Shown in pieces: positions 18,874-27,596 of a DNA stretch of 64,000 bases. The stretch covers positions 322 through 64,321 of the forward strand of contig CANRPE010000003.1 in the NCBI GenBank assembly GCA_947632405.1. The letters are read 5' to 3'. The DNA comes from an uncultured Bacilli bacterium (lineage in GTDB: Bacteria > Bacillota_I > Bacilli_A > RF39 > UBA660). Below the pieces are notes generated by a model, which saw nothing but the letters and a program-made list of their open reading frames with translations, ran no database searches and was not told where the DNA came from. Made by a program: the position numbers and the translations under genes. Position 1 is the stretch's first letter; every line of letters starts with the position of its first letter.

Positions 18874-19878
18874 ATGAAAGAAAAAATAAAAACTATTGCA
18901 ATAATAATATTAATATTAATATTAATGGTAATATCAATAAGTGGAGTATACGCAGCAACTATAATATCAAGTATAAATGTTGGTTATAGTAATGCAAATT
19001 CCAAGTTAGCAGCAGATAATGTTCAAGCTGCTATAGACGAAGTATATGATAAAAGTTTTTCAAAACCTTCAATAGTAGCCTATGAATATAGTGAAGAAGA
19101 TCCAAAATGTATAAATGGTGAAGAAAAAACATGTGTAAAAACAGATTGTTATAAAAAAGGAAAAATATGTAAACAAGGAACAGTTATCAAATATTATGTC
19201 AAAGAAAACGAATATCATTATTTTTATGTATTAAGAGATAACGGAACAATAATAACCATGCAACAAAGAGAAAACACAATAAGAAATATACCATGGCATG
19301 CGGGAACAAATGATAATAGTAAAGGACCTGATACAATATTACCAGCCTTAGAACAAGCAACTTCTACCTGGGTAAATGTAAATGTACTAGAATATGAACC
19401 TGGAGTAACGACATTATATGAAAATGTTTATACAGGTTGTACATGGACTGTAAGCACAACTTCTGATTATAAAATAAGGTGCGAAGCAAATAAATATACA
19501 AGTACAGTCTTAGGAACAAGAAAAGCACGAGCTAGAATGATAACAGCATTAGAAGCTTCAGCTACAGGTTGTTTAGTATGGAAAGATGGAACAACAGATA
19601 AAAGAATTATATCTCCAAGTATAAATGTATATAATGCTGGTTCTTGTCCAGACTTTATGCATAATTATCTGCATAATTCAAAAAATTATGGTGGTAGCTA
19701 TAATAATGATTCAACTAATGAAAAAGATGAATCTGATTCTGGTTATTGGACCATGTCAGCTCGTTCTAATAACTCAAATATAGCATTTGACGTTGGATTT
19801 GGTGGTAATATGAATTATTATAATACTACAGATACTAAAGATGGAGCACGAGCAGTTGTCGAAATAACCAAATCATAA
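18874..19878 (+). CDS. secreted Cys-rich CLec/DUF1566-like paralog, copy 3 (no TR-matching VR)
   Basis: Clearly homologous to copies 1 and 2, but diverged at many positions. C-terminus YWTMSARSNNSNIAFDVGFGGNMNYYNTTDTKDGARAVVEITKS is encoded by AT-rich codons with many non-A differences from the TR. Confidence 0.85.
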   Translation: MKEKIKTIAIIILILILMVISISGVYAATIISSINVGYSNANSKLAADNVQAAIDEVYDKSFSKPSIVAYEYSEEDPKCINGEEKTCVKTDCYKKGKICKQGTVIKYYVKENEYHYFYVLRDNGTIITMQQRENTIRNIPWHAGTNDNSKGPDTILPALEQATSTWVNVNVLEYEPGVTTLYENVYTGCTWTVSTTSDYKIRCEANKYTSTVLGTRKARARMITALEASATGCLVWKDGTTDKRIISPSINVYNAGSCPDFMHNYLHNSKNYGGSYNNDSTNEKDESDSGYWTMSARSNNSNIAFDVGFGGNMNYYNTTDTKDGARAVVEITKS

Positions 19879-19902
19879 ATTACACTTCGGTGTAATTTTT
19901 AC

Positions 19903-19933
19903 TTGCAAAAATATAAACGGGGGGGGGTATAAT
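19903..19933 (+). promoter_or_regulatory. cassette-4 promoter: TTGCAA -35, 19-nt spacer ending in G9 (19919-19927), TATAAT -10
   Basis: cTTGCAAaaatataaacGGGGGGGGGTATAATaatc, preceded by the hairpin aattacac-ttcg-gtgtaatt. Confidence 0.6.
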
Positions 19934-19965
19934 AATCTTAGATAAATAAAAATAGGTGATCTAGG

Positions 19966-20964
19966 ATGAAAGAAAAAATAAAAACTATTGCAATAATAAT
20001 ATTAATATTAATGGTAATATCAATAAGTGGAGTATACGCAGCAACTATAATATCAAGTATAAATGTAGGATATAGTAATGAAAGTTCCAAGTTAGTAGCA
20101 GATAATGTTCAAGATGCAATAGATGAAGTATATGATAAAAGTTTTAATAAAGAATTAATAACAGCCTATGAATATAGTGAACAAGAACCAAAATGTATAA
20201 ACGGAGAAGAAAAGACATGTGTAAAAACAGATTGTTATAAAAAAGGACAAACATGTGAACAAGGAACAGTTATAAAATATTATGTCAAAGAAAATGAATA
20301 TCATTATTTCTATGTATTAAGAGATGATGGCACAAAAATAACTATGCAACAAAGAGAAAATACCATAAGAAATATAGCATGGCATGCAGGAGAAAATGAT
20401 AATAGTAAAGGGCCAGATACAGTATTACTAGCTTTAGAACAAGCAACTTCAACGTGGACAAATGTAAATATAATAGAATATGAGCCAGGGATAACTAATT
20501 TATATGAAAATGCTTACACAGGTTGTACCTATAATTCAGGTACTTCAGGAGATTATAAAATAAAATGTGAAACAAATACATATACAAGTTCAGTCTTAGG
20601 AACAAGAAAAGCACGAGCAAGGATGATTACAGCATTAGAAGCAGGAAGTACAGGTTGCTTAGTATACAAAGATGGTGCTGCTGATAATAGAGTTATTCAA
20701 CCAAGTATAAACGCATGGAATAATGGTTCCTGTCCAGATTTTATGCATAATTATTTATATGGATCAAAAAATACTGGAGGAAGTTATAATAATGATACAG
20801 TAAATGAAAATGAAGTATATGATTATGCCTACTGGACAATGTCTTCTTACTCTGATGATACTACTCTCGCATGGTGTATAAATCGTGGTGGTAACTTTGA
20901 TGATAGTGGAGTTACTGGTACTGGAGTTGGTGCACGAGCAGTCGTAGAAATTGATAAAGATTAA
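19966..20964 (+). CDS. secreted Cys-rich CLec/DUF1566-like paralog, copy 4 (no TR-matching VR)
   Basis: Same family. C-terminus YWTMSSYSDDTTLAWCINRGGNFDDSGVTGTGVGARAVVEIDKD, with the GARAVV block encoded as ggtgcacgagcagtcgta. A terminator hairpin follows (aataaac...gtttatt plus T-run). Confidence 0.85.
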   Translation: MKEKIKTIAIIILILMVISISGVYAATIISSINVGYSNESSKLVADNVQDAIDEVYDKSFNKELITAYEYSEQEPKCINGEEKTCVKTDCYKKGQTCEQGTVIKYYVKENEYHYFYVLRDDGTKITMQQRENTIRNIAWHAGENDNSKGPDTVLLALEQATSTWTNVNIIEYEPGITNLYENAYTGCTYNSGTSGDYKIKCETNTYTSSVLGTRKARARMITALEAGSTGCLVYKDGAADNRVIQPSINAWNNGSCPDFMHNYLYGSKNTGGSYNNDTVNENEVYDYAYWTMSSYSDDTTLAWCINRGGNFDDSGVTGTGVGARAVVEIDKD

Positions 20965-21043
20965 TTTATAATAAACTGATAACTTATTGGTTTATTTTTT
21001 TTATTATTCTTGCTATAATATAAATAGAAGGAAGGTAGAAAAT

Positions 21044-21763
21044 ATGGCAACACCACATATTGAAGCAAATATAGGCGATATTGCTAAAAAGGTTTTATTG
21101 CCAGGAGATCCATTAAGATGCAAATATATTGCTGATAATTTTTTAACTGATGCTAAGGTTGTAAATACTGTTCGTAATATGATTGCATATACTGGAATAT
21201 ATAATGGAGAAAAAATAACCGTTTTTCCTTCTGGCATGGGTATTCCTAGTGTTGGAATATATTCGTATGAATTATATAAAATATATGGAGTTGAGGAAAT
21301 AATTCGTATTGGTACAAGTGGTTCTGCTAATCAACAATTGAATTTATTGGATATTGTTTTAGCAACTTCTTCATATAGTATTTCTACTTTTCCAAAAGCA
21401 TTTGATGGAGATATAATTGATCAAATAGAAAGTAATTCGTTGTTAAATAATAAAATTATTGCTGCAGCTACTAAAAATAATACTTTACTAAAAGTAGGAC
21501 CAATTATTACTAGTGATATTTTTGATCCATATATTGATTTTTCTAAATATATTAAAAATTATCCTGATAATGTTGATTATTTAGCACTTGAAATGGAAGC
21601 TTTTGGATTATTTTATATTGCTAAAAAATTAGGTAAAAAAGCAGCTGCAATGATGACTATTACTGATATAATTGGTACTAATAAATCTATTAGTAGTCAA
21701 GATAGACAAAATAGCTTAAATAAAATGATAAAAATTGCTTTGGATGCTATAACTTTGTCATAA
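21044..21763 (+). CDS. deoD: purine nucleoside phosphorylase DeoD-type
   Basis: MATPHIEANIGDIAKKVLLPGDPLR..., GMGIPS, EMEAFGL motifs. Start moved to ATG 21044; the ORF-track extension is upstream non-coding sequence. Confidence 0.9.
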   Translation: MATPHIEANIGDIAKKVLLPGDPLRCKYIADNFLTDAKVVNTVRNMIAYTGIYNGEKITVFPSGMGIPSVGIYSYELYKIYGVEEIIRIGTSGSANQQLNLLDIVLATSSYSISTFPKAFDGDIIDQIESNSLLNNKIIAAATKNNTLLKVGPIITSDIFDPYIDFSKYIKNYPDNVDYLALEMEAFGLFYIAKKLGKKAAAMMTITDIIGTNKSISSQDRQNSLNKMIKIALDAITLS

Positions 21764-21802
21764 TTTTATAAAATAAATACATAATAAAAAATGAGGTGAA
21801 CT

Positions 21803-23074
21803 ATGGAATATATCAAGAAAGATTTTGGTTCTTATCGCTTACATATGATTAAGACTAAAAAATTTAAAACTATTAAAATTAAAGTATCTTTTAGAAGACC
21901 TATTATTAAAGATGAGATTACATTACGTAATATATTGTCTGAAATATTAATTCAAACTTCAAATAAATATAAAACTAAAAGAGATCTTGCAATAAAAGCT
22001 CAAGATTTATATGCAGCATCTATTTCTAGTACAAATAATCGAATTGGTAATTATATTAATACTGATATTATTTTATCTGTATTAAATGATAAATATACTG
22101 AAAATGGAAATTTTGCTACTGCTGTTGATTTTCTTCATGATTTAATATATGATCCAAATGTTTCTGATAATCAATTTGATATGGAACAATTAGAAATTAT
22201 TAAAACTAATGAAAAAACTTCTTTAGCAAGTTTGAAGGAAGATTCTAGTTATTATAGTTTGTTACGTTTATATGAATGTATGGGAAAAAATAGTCCTATT
22301 TCATATCGAATGGTTGGTTATATTGAAGATATTGATAAAATAGATGGTAAAAAATTATATGATTATTATTTAGAGGTTTTGAAAAAGGATTTAATGGATA
22401 TTTTTGTTATTGGAGATATTAATTTTTCTGAAATAGAGACTTTAATTAAGAAAAAATTTAATATTAATACTTTTAAGAAATCAAGAAAAGAATATTATGT
22501 TGAAGAAGAAAAAATTAGACGTCATAAACAAATAGTAATTGAAAAAGATACTAATAATCAATCAAAATTAGCAATAGGTGCGAGAATAAATGGCTTAACT
22601 ATGTATGAAAGAAATTATCCACTTACTCTTTATAATATTATTTTAGGTGGAGGAGAAGATTCTAAGTTATTTCGTAATGTTAGAGAGCAAAATTCTCTTT
22701 GTTATTATATTAATTCTGTTCCACAAAAATTAGATAGTATTTTAATTATACGTGCTGGTATTGATAAAGAAAATATTAAAAAAACAGTTTCATTAATTGA
22801 GAAAGAAATGACAAAAATCAAGAAAGGAAAGATTACTGAAAATGATTTAGTAACAGCTAAAGAATTTTTTCAAACAGCAATGGATTCTTTGTTAGAAAGT
22901 CAAGTAAGTATTATGGAACATTATTATATGATGGAACTTTTAAAAACTGATGATATGGAAACAAGAATTAAAAAAATGAATGAAGTAACTATATCTGATA
23001 TTATAAAAGTAGCGAAAAAAATAAAAATTGATACTGTTTATTGTTTGGAGGGGGTAAATAATGAAAGAAATTAA
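21803..23074 (+). CDS. M16-family peptidase-like protein (non-catalytic partner, YmfF-like)
   Basis: 423 aa with M16 architecture but no HxxEH. Overlaps the next M16 gene (paired subunits). Confidence 0.7.
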   Translation: MEYIKKDFGSYRLHMIKTKKFKTIKIKVSFRRPIIKDEITLRNILSEILIQTSNKYKTKRDLAIKAQDLYAASISSTNNRIGNYINTDIILSVLNDKYTENGNFATAVDFLHDLIYDPNVSDNQFDMEQLEIIKTNEKTSLASLKEDSSYYSLLRLYECMGKNSPISYRMVGYIEDIDKIDGKKLYDYYLEVLKKDLMDIFVIGDINFSEIETLIKKKFNINTFKKSRKEYYVEEEKIRRHKQIVIEKDTNNQSKLAIGARINGLTMYERNYPLTLYNIILGGGEDSKLFRNVREQNSLCYYINSVPQKLDSILIIRAGIDKENIKKTVSLIEKEMTKIKKGKITENDLVTAKEFFQTAMDSLLESQVSIMEHYYMMELLKTDDMETRIKKMNEVTISDIIKVAKKIKIDTVYCLEGVNNERN

Positions 23075-24353
23075 GTTAAAAGGATTGGATCAATCTTGTT
23101 ATACTGAGACTTTAAAAAATAAGTTAAATATAATTTTTATTCCTTATGAAGATAAGAAAAATTATTTTATTACTTATGCAACTTTTTATGGTAGTGATAC
23201 TAATTCTTTTGTTCCAATTGGTTCTAAAAAAATGGTTACTGTTCCAAATGGAATTGCACATTTTCTAGAACATAAAATGTTTGAGCAAGAAAATGGAGTT
23301 GATCCTTTTACTTTTTTCTCAGAAAGTGGAACAGGAGCTAATGCATCTACAAGTTTTGATAGTACACAATATATTTGTTATGGTACTAAAGAATTTAATA
23401 AAAATCTGAAATTTTTGTTAAATTATGTAAATCAACCATATTTTACTGATGAAAATGTAGAAAAAGAAAAAGGAATTATTAAAGAAGAAATTAAAATGTA
23501 TGAAGATATTCCTGAGTCAGTATTAGAAAATAAAATAAGAGAAAATTTATATCATGTTGATCCTCATCGAATTGATATTGCAGGTTCATGTAGTGATATT
23601 GATAAAATAACTAAAGAAGATTTATATACTTGTTATAATACTTTTTATAATCCTAATAATATGTTTATTATTATTGCTGGAAATTTTAATAAAGATGAAG
23701 CTTTAGAGATTATTAAAGAAGAATTAGAAAAGGTTGAAAATAGAATTGAAAAACCAGTAGTAAGGGAATATAAGGAACCTAAATCAGTTTATAAAAAAGA
23801 AGAAGAATTAGCAATTAATATAAAAGTTCCTAAAATAGCTTTAGGCTATAAATTTTCTAAAGATGAATTGAAAATTAAGAATAGTCTTGAATTAGATTTA
23901 TATTTATCTCTTTTAACAACATTGTTATTTGGCAGTGCATCTTTATTTAAAGAAAAAATGCGTAATAAAAATTTAATGACTAATTTTTATTTTGAATGGG
24001 ATGAACTAAAAAAATATAAAAGTTTATTGATTTATGCTGAAACTGAAAATCCAGAATTATTAATTGATGAGATTCAACATGAATTAGAAAATATTGAAAT
24101 AAATGAAGAAGATTTTAATCGAATTAAAAAAGTTTGGGTTGCTAATGAAGTTAAGATGATAGATTATGTAGAAACAACAGTTAGAAATGTATATGATGAT
24201 ATGATTAAATATCGAAAAGTTGTTCCAAATAAAATAGATCTTATTAAAAAATTAGATATAAAGGTTCTAGAAGATTTAATTGCTAGAATGAAATTTAATA
24301 ATCGTGCTAAAGTGATACTACTTCCTAAAAAGATTATTACGAAGAAAAAATAA
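23061..24353 (+). CDS. M16-family zinc peptidase (YmfH-like)
   Basis: GIAHFLEHKMFE contains the inverted zinc motif HxxEH. 430 aa. Confidence 0.8.
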   Translation: MKEIKLKGLDQSCYTETLKNKLNIIFIPYEDKKNYFITYATFYGSDTNSFVPIGSKKMVTVPNGIAHFLEHKMFEQENGVDPFTFFSESGTGANASTSFDSTQYICYGTKEFNKNLKFLLNYVNQPYFTDENVEKEKGIIKEEIKMYEDIPESVLENKIRENLYHVDPHRIDIAGSCSDIDKITKEDLYTCYNTFYNPNNMFIIIAGNFNKDEALEIIKEELEKVENRIEKPVVREYKEPKSVYKKEEELAINIKVPKIALGYKFSKDELKIKNSLELDLYLSLLTTLLFGSASLFKEKMRNKNLMTNFYFEWDELKKYKSLLIYAETENPELLIDEIQHELENIEINEEDFNRIKKVWVANEVKMIDYVETTVRNVYDDMIKYRKVVPNKIDLIKKLDIKVLEDLIARMKFNNRAKVILLPKKIITKKK

Positions 24354-24411
24354 GGTGAAATATTTTGCCTTATTTATTTTTTTATTTTATAATATTTTAA
24401 GGAGTTAAAAT

Positions 24412-25131
24412 ATGGATAAAACTAATTTAATTTGGACTAAATCAAGTTATGCTAAATTTAAAAAATATTTAATCACACAAAAAAAGTCTGATGACTTTAT
24501 TGAATTTAGTAAGAAATTAATTTTTACTAAATATGAATTTATTGGTATTACTATACCAAATTTAAGAAAAATTGCTAAAGAAATTAGTAAAACTGATATT
24601 AGAAGTTTTCTTGATATAGAAAAGAAAACTACTTATGAAGAAATTATGTTAGAAGGATTTGCTATTTCATATATTAAAGATTATCAACTTTTTCTATCAT
24701 ATTTTAATCAATTTATTAAAAAGATTGATAACTGGGCAATTTGTGATTCATGTGTAAATAGCATGAAAATAATTACTCATTATAAAGATGATTTTTTCAG
24801 TGAAATTAAAAAATATCTAAATAGTAATGAGGAATTTATTGTTCGAATAGGGATTGTATTTTTATTAAATTATTATTTAGATGATATGTATGTTGATGAA
24901 GTATTAAATTTGATTGATCAAATCAAACAAGATCAATATTATATTAATATGGCAATTGCTTGGCTTATTAGTGAATGTTTTATAAAATATAAGGCTAAAA
25001 TTTATAAATATTTAAAAAATAATAAGTTAAATAAATTTGCTTATAATAAAGCTATTCAAAAGATATTAGAATCTAGAAAAGTTTCATTAAGTGATAAACA
25101 AAAACTAAGAAGACAAAAATCCAATATTTAA
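24412..25131 (+). CDS. DNA alkylation repair protein (AlkD/HEAT-like repeat family), tentative
   Basis: 239 aa, helical-repeat protein with the NWAICDSC and INMAIAWLISE pattern seen in the DNA alkylation repair enzyme family. Confidence 0.5.
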   Translation: MDKTNLIWTKSSYAKFKKYLITQKKSDDFIEFSKKLIFTKYEFIGITIPNLRKIAKEISKTDIRSFLDIEKKTTYEEIMLEGFAISYIKDYQLFLSYFNQFIKKIDNWAICDSCVNSMKIITHYKDDFFSEIKKYLNSNEEFIVRIGIVFLLNYYLDDMYVDEVLNLIDQIKQDQYYINMAIAWLISECFIKYKAKIYKYLKNNKLNKFAYNKAIQKILESRKVSLSDKQKLRRQKSNI

Positions 25132-25172
25132 AAAATTTACACCAATATAATTTTGATGTAAATTTTATTTTT

Positions 25173-26042
25173 TTATTGATATAATTCTTGTTTTAATAAA
25201 TCTAAATTTTCTTTCATTAGTGCTATATAGTCTTTATTTTCATTTCTATCATTGTCTGATATTACGTCTAGTCTATTTAAGTTTAATTCTTTTACATTGG
25301 AATTATCAAATAATACATCTTTTGCAGCATCGGTTAATTCTTCATTTTTAAAATTATAAATATAATTAACTATTTTCTTTTTTATTAAGTCATTTACTTC
25401 ATATAATTCTTTATCTGTAGTATTACTATCTAAACATATTACTCTAAGTCCAAATTTTTCTAAAAATTTTAATGATGAATCTGAAACAACAATGATTTTA
25501 TTTTCAGTATTATCTACAGTTAAACGATAATCTGCATCTAATTCTGAAAGTTCAATTTTTAATTCATTATAAGCTTCATCAACTTCTTTAGCTAAATAAG
25601 TACTAGTAATATATTCTTTTAATCCAAGTCTAACATTTTGAGCCATCATTAGTAAAGAAGAAGGATTTAACCATAATTCTTCATTTGCATAATCTGTTTC
25701 TAGTACATATGAAGTATCAATTATTTTTAAATTTTGATTAATATCTAATAAATCAACAGCAATATTTCTTTCTTTTTCAATTAAACCTGTATAGATAAAA
25801 AGATCCATTTTACTATAATTTTGTTTTTGTTTTTTAGTTACTTTATAGTCTTTAATTTTAACTCCATCAGGATATATTTGATTGATTGTTGCATGATTTC
25901 CATATAATTTTGTTAAAATATATTCATTAGGATAATTTGTAACAGCTATTTCAATATCTTCCATATTATCTTGTTTACATCCTGTTGTAAACATTGTTAG
26001 TATCATTAATAATAATAGTAATCCAATTTTTTTTCGTTTCAT
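25173..26042 (-). CDS. lipoprotein, ZnuA/TroA-like solute-binding fold (metal ligands not evident)
   Basis: Lipobox MFTTGC. The length and block pattern resemble cluster-9 SBPs, but I do not see the usual His ligands. No adjacent ABC genes. Confidence 0.4.
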   Translation of the reverse strand: MKRKKIGLLLLLMILTMFTTGCKQDNMEDIEIAVTNYPNEYILTKLYGNHATINQIYPDGVKIKDYKVTKKQKQNYSKMDLFIYTGLIEKERNIAVDLLDINQNLKIIDTSYVLETDYANEELWLNPSSLLMMAQNVRLGLKEYITSTYLAKEVDEAYNELKIELSELDADYRLTVDNTENKIIVVSDSSLKFLEKFGLRVICLDSNTTDKELYEVNDLIKKKIVNYIYNFKNEELTDAAKDVLFDNSNVKELNLNRLDVISDNDRNENKDYIALMKENLDLLKQELYQ

Positions 26043-26266
26043 TTTTCTTTATTCTCCTTTTTTATAACAGGATCATAACCACTTGTTCCAAATGGTTGAC
26101 ACCTTAATATTCTTTTAATTGCTAAAAAACTTCCTTTGATAGATCCATATTCATTAATTGCATCGATGGCATAATTACTACAAGTTGGAATATGACGACA
26201 TGATGAATGAAAAGAACCTGGTATTTTTTGATATAGTTTAATGAAATAGATAAGTATGTTTTTCAT
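26039..26266 (-). CDS. yidD: membrane protein insertion efficiency factor YidD
   Basis: 75 aa. [37 protein letters not shown] is the YidD signature. Confidence 0.9.
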   Translation of the reverse strand: MKNILIYFIKLYQKIPGSFHSSCRHIPTCSNYAIDAINEYGSIKGSFLAIKRILRCQPFGTSGYDPVIKKENKEK

Positions 26267-26416
26267 ATCATCACCGTATTATTATTTTACTATAAATATT
26301 TAAAAATATCAATTCAAGTAAAAAGAAATTTACATTTAGGTTTAATCTTAATTAATTATAATTATAGATACATTATTTTAACCTATACTATTTTTTATAT
26401 TTTTGATATACTTAAT

Positions 26417-27094
26417 ATGGTGACTAACATGAATGAATTATATCAAATATTAAAAATTAATCCTAAAGATGAAAGATTATATGAAATAGCTGTTTCTCAT
26501 TCATCTTATGCAAATGAGCATAAAGCTAAGAAAGACTATGAAAGATTAGAGTTTTTAGGAGATGCAGTTGTTGATTTAGCTGTTGCTGATTATTTATATT
26601 CTAATCATAATGAAGATGAAGGAGAAATGACTAAAGTACGAGCAAGTTATGTTTGTGAAAATGCTTTATATGAATATGCTGCAAAATTAAATTTATCTAA
26701 ATTTATTAAAGTAGGGCATGGTGAAGAAAAAGAAGGTGGCAAAACTAAAAAGTCTATTTTATCTGATATATTTGAAGCATTAATAGGGGCAATTTATCTT
26801 GACTTAGGTTATGCAACAGCAAGAAAAACGGTTTTGAATATTATTGTTCCATATATTGAAGATCCTAATGTTACTTTCTTTAGTGATTATAAATCTGCAT
26901 TACAAGAATATGTTCAAACAGAACAGAAAACTTTATTTTATGATTTAGTTGATGAATTTGGTCCAGCTCATGAAAAAACATTTGTTATTGAAGTTAGAAT
27001 CGATGATATTATTTATGGAAAGGGCAGTGCTAGAAGTAAAAAAGAAGCAGAACAAGAAGCAGCTAAAGCTGCACTAGATAAATTAGCACGATAG
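26417..27094 (+). CDS. rnc: ribonuclease III
   Basis: ERLEFLGDAVVDL catalytic signature plus a C-terminal dsRBD (KTFVIEVRIDD...GSARSKKEAEQEAAKAAL). Confidence 0.9.
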   Translation: MVTNMNELYQILKINPKDERLYEIAVSHSSYANEHKAKKDYERLEFLGDAVVDLAVADYLYSNHNEDEGEMTKVRASYVCENALYEYAAKLNLSKFIKVGHGEEKEGGKTKKSILSDIFEALIGAIYLDLGYATARKTVLNIIVPYIEDPNVTFFSDYKSALQEYVQTEQKTLFYDLVDEFGPAHEKTFVIEVRIDDIIYGKGSARSKKEAEQEAAKAALDKLAR

Positions 27095-27103
27095 GAGTTA
27101 GTA

Positions 27104-27526
27104 ATGAAAAAAGAAAAAAGCTGTGGAAGTATTATCTTTTTAGAGCAAGCAGATGGTTTAGCTGTTTTATTAGTTCATCATAATTTAGGACATTGGGGTT
27201 TGCCAAAAGGTCATGTAGAATTAGGTGAAACAGAAGAAGAAACAGCTGCAAGAGAAGTATTTGAAGAAACTGGAATCGAATCAATTGTAATTCCTGGTTT
27301 TAGAAAACAAATTACCTATTGCCCTAAAAAAAATATATCAAAAGATGTAATTTTTTTCATTGGTAAAGCTATCAATTCATCAGACCCTATTGCTCAATTA
27401 AGTGAGGTATGTGAAGCAAAATTTATCAAAATCCAAAAATGTTTTTCTTTAATTACTTATCAAAGTGAACAAGAAGTGTTAAAAGAAGCACTTTTATATT
27501 ACCAAAAAAATATCAAGAATATTTGA
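27104..27526 (+). CDS. NUDIX hydrolase (Ap4A-hydrolase-like)
   Basis: Nudix box GLPKGHVELGETEEETAAREVFEETGI. Confidence 0.8.
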   Translation: MKKEKSCGSIIFLEQADGLAVLLVHHNLGHWGLPKGHVELGETEEETAAREVFEETGIESIVIPGFRKQITYCPKKNISKDVIFFIGKAINSSDPIAQLSEVCEAKFIKIQKCFSLITYQSEQEVLKEALLYYQKNIKNI

Positions 27527-27596
27527 AAAAATATTCTATTTTTGTTATAATTAAGGAGTTCATTAACTTATAAGACAAAGAAAGGAGACTAATTTT

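Noticed and set aside
14031-20985. Periodic ~1.09-kb repetition that could suggest a CRISPR-like or satellite array
   Set aside because: The repeat units are full-length protein-coding cassettes (terminator, promoter, 333-aa gene), not short direct repeats with spacers. I saw no CRISPR repeat/spacer structure anywhere in the window.
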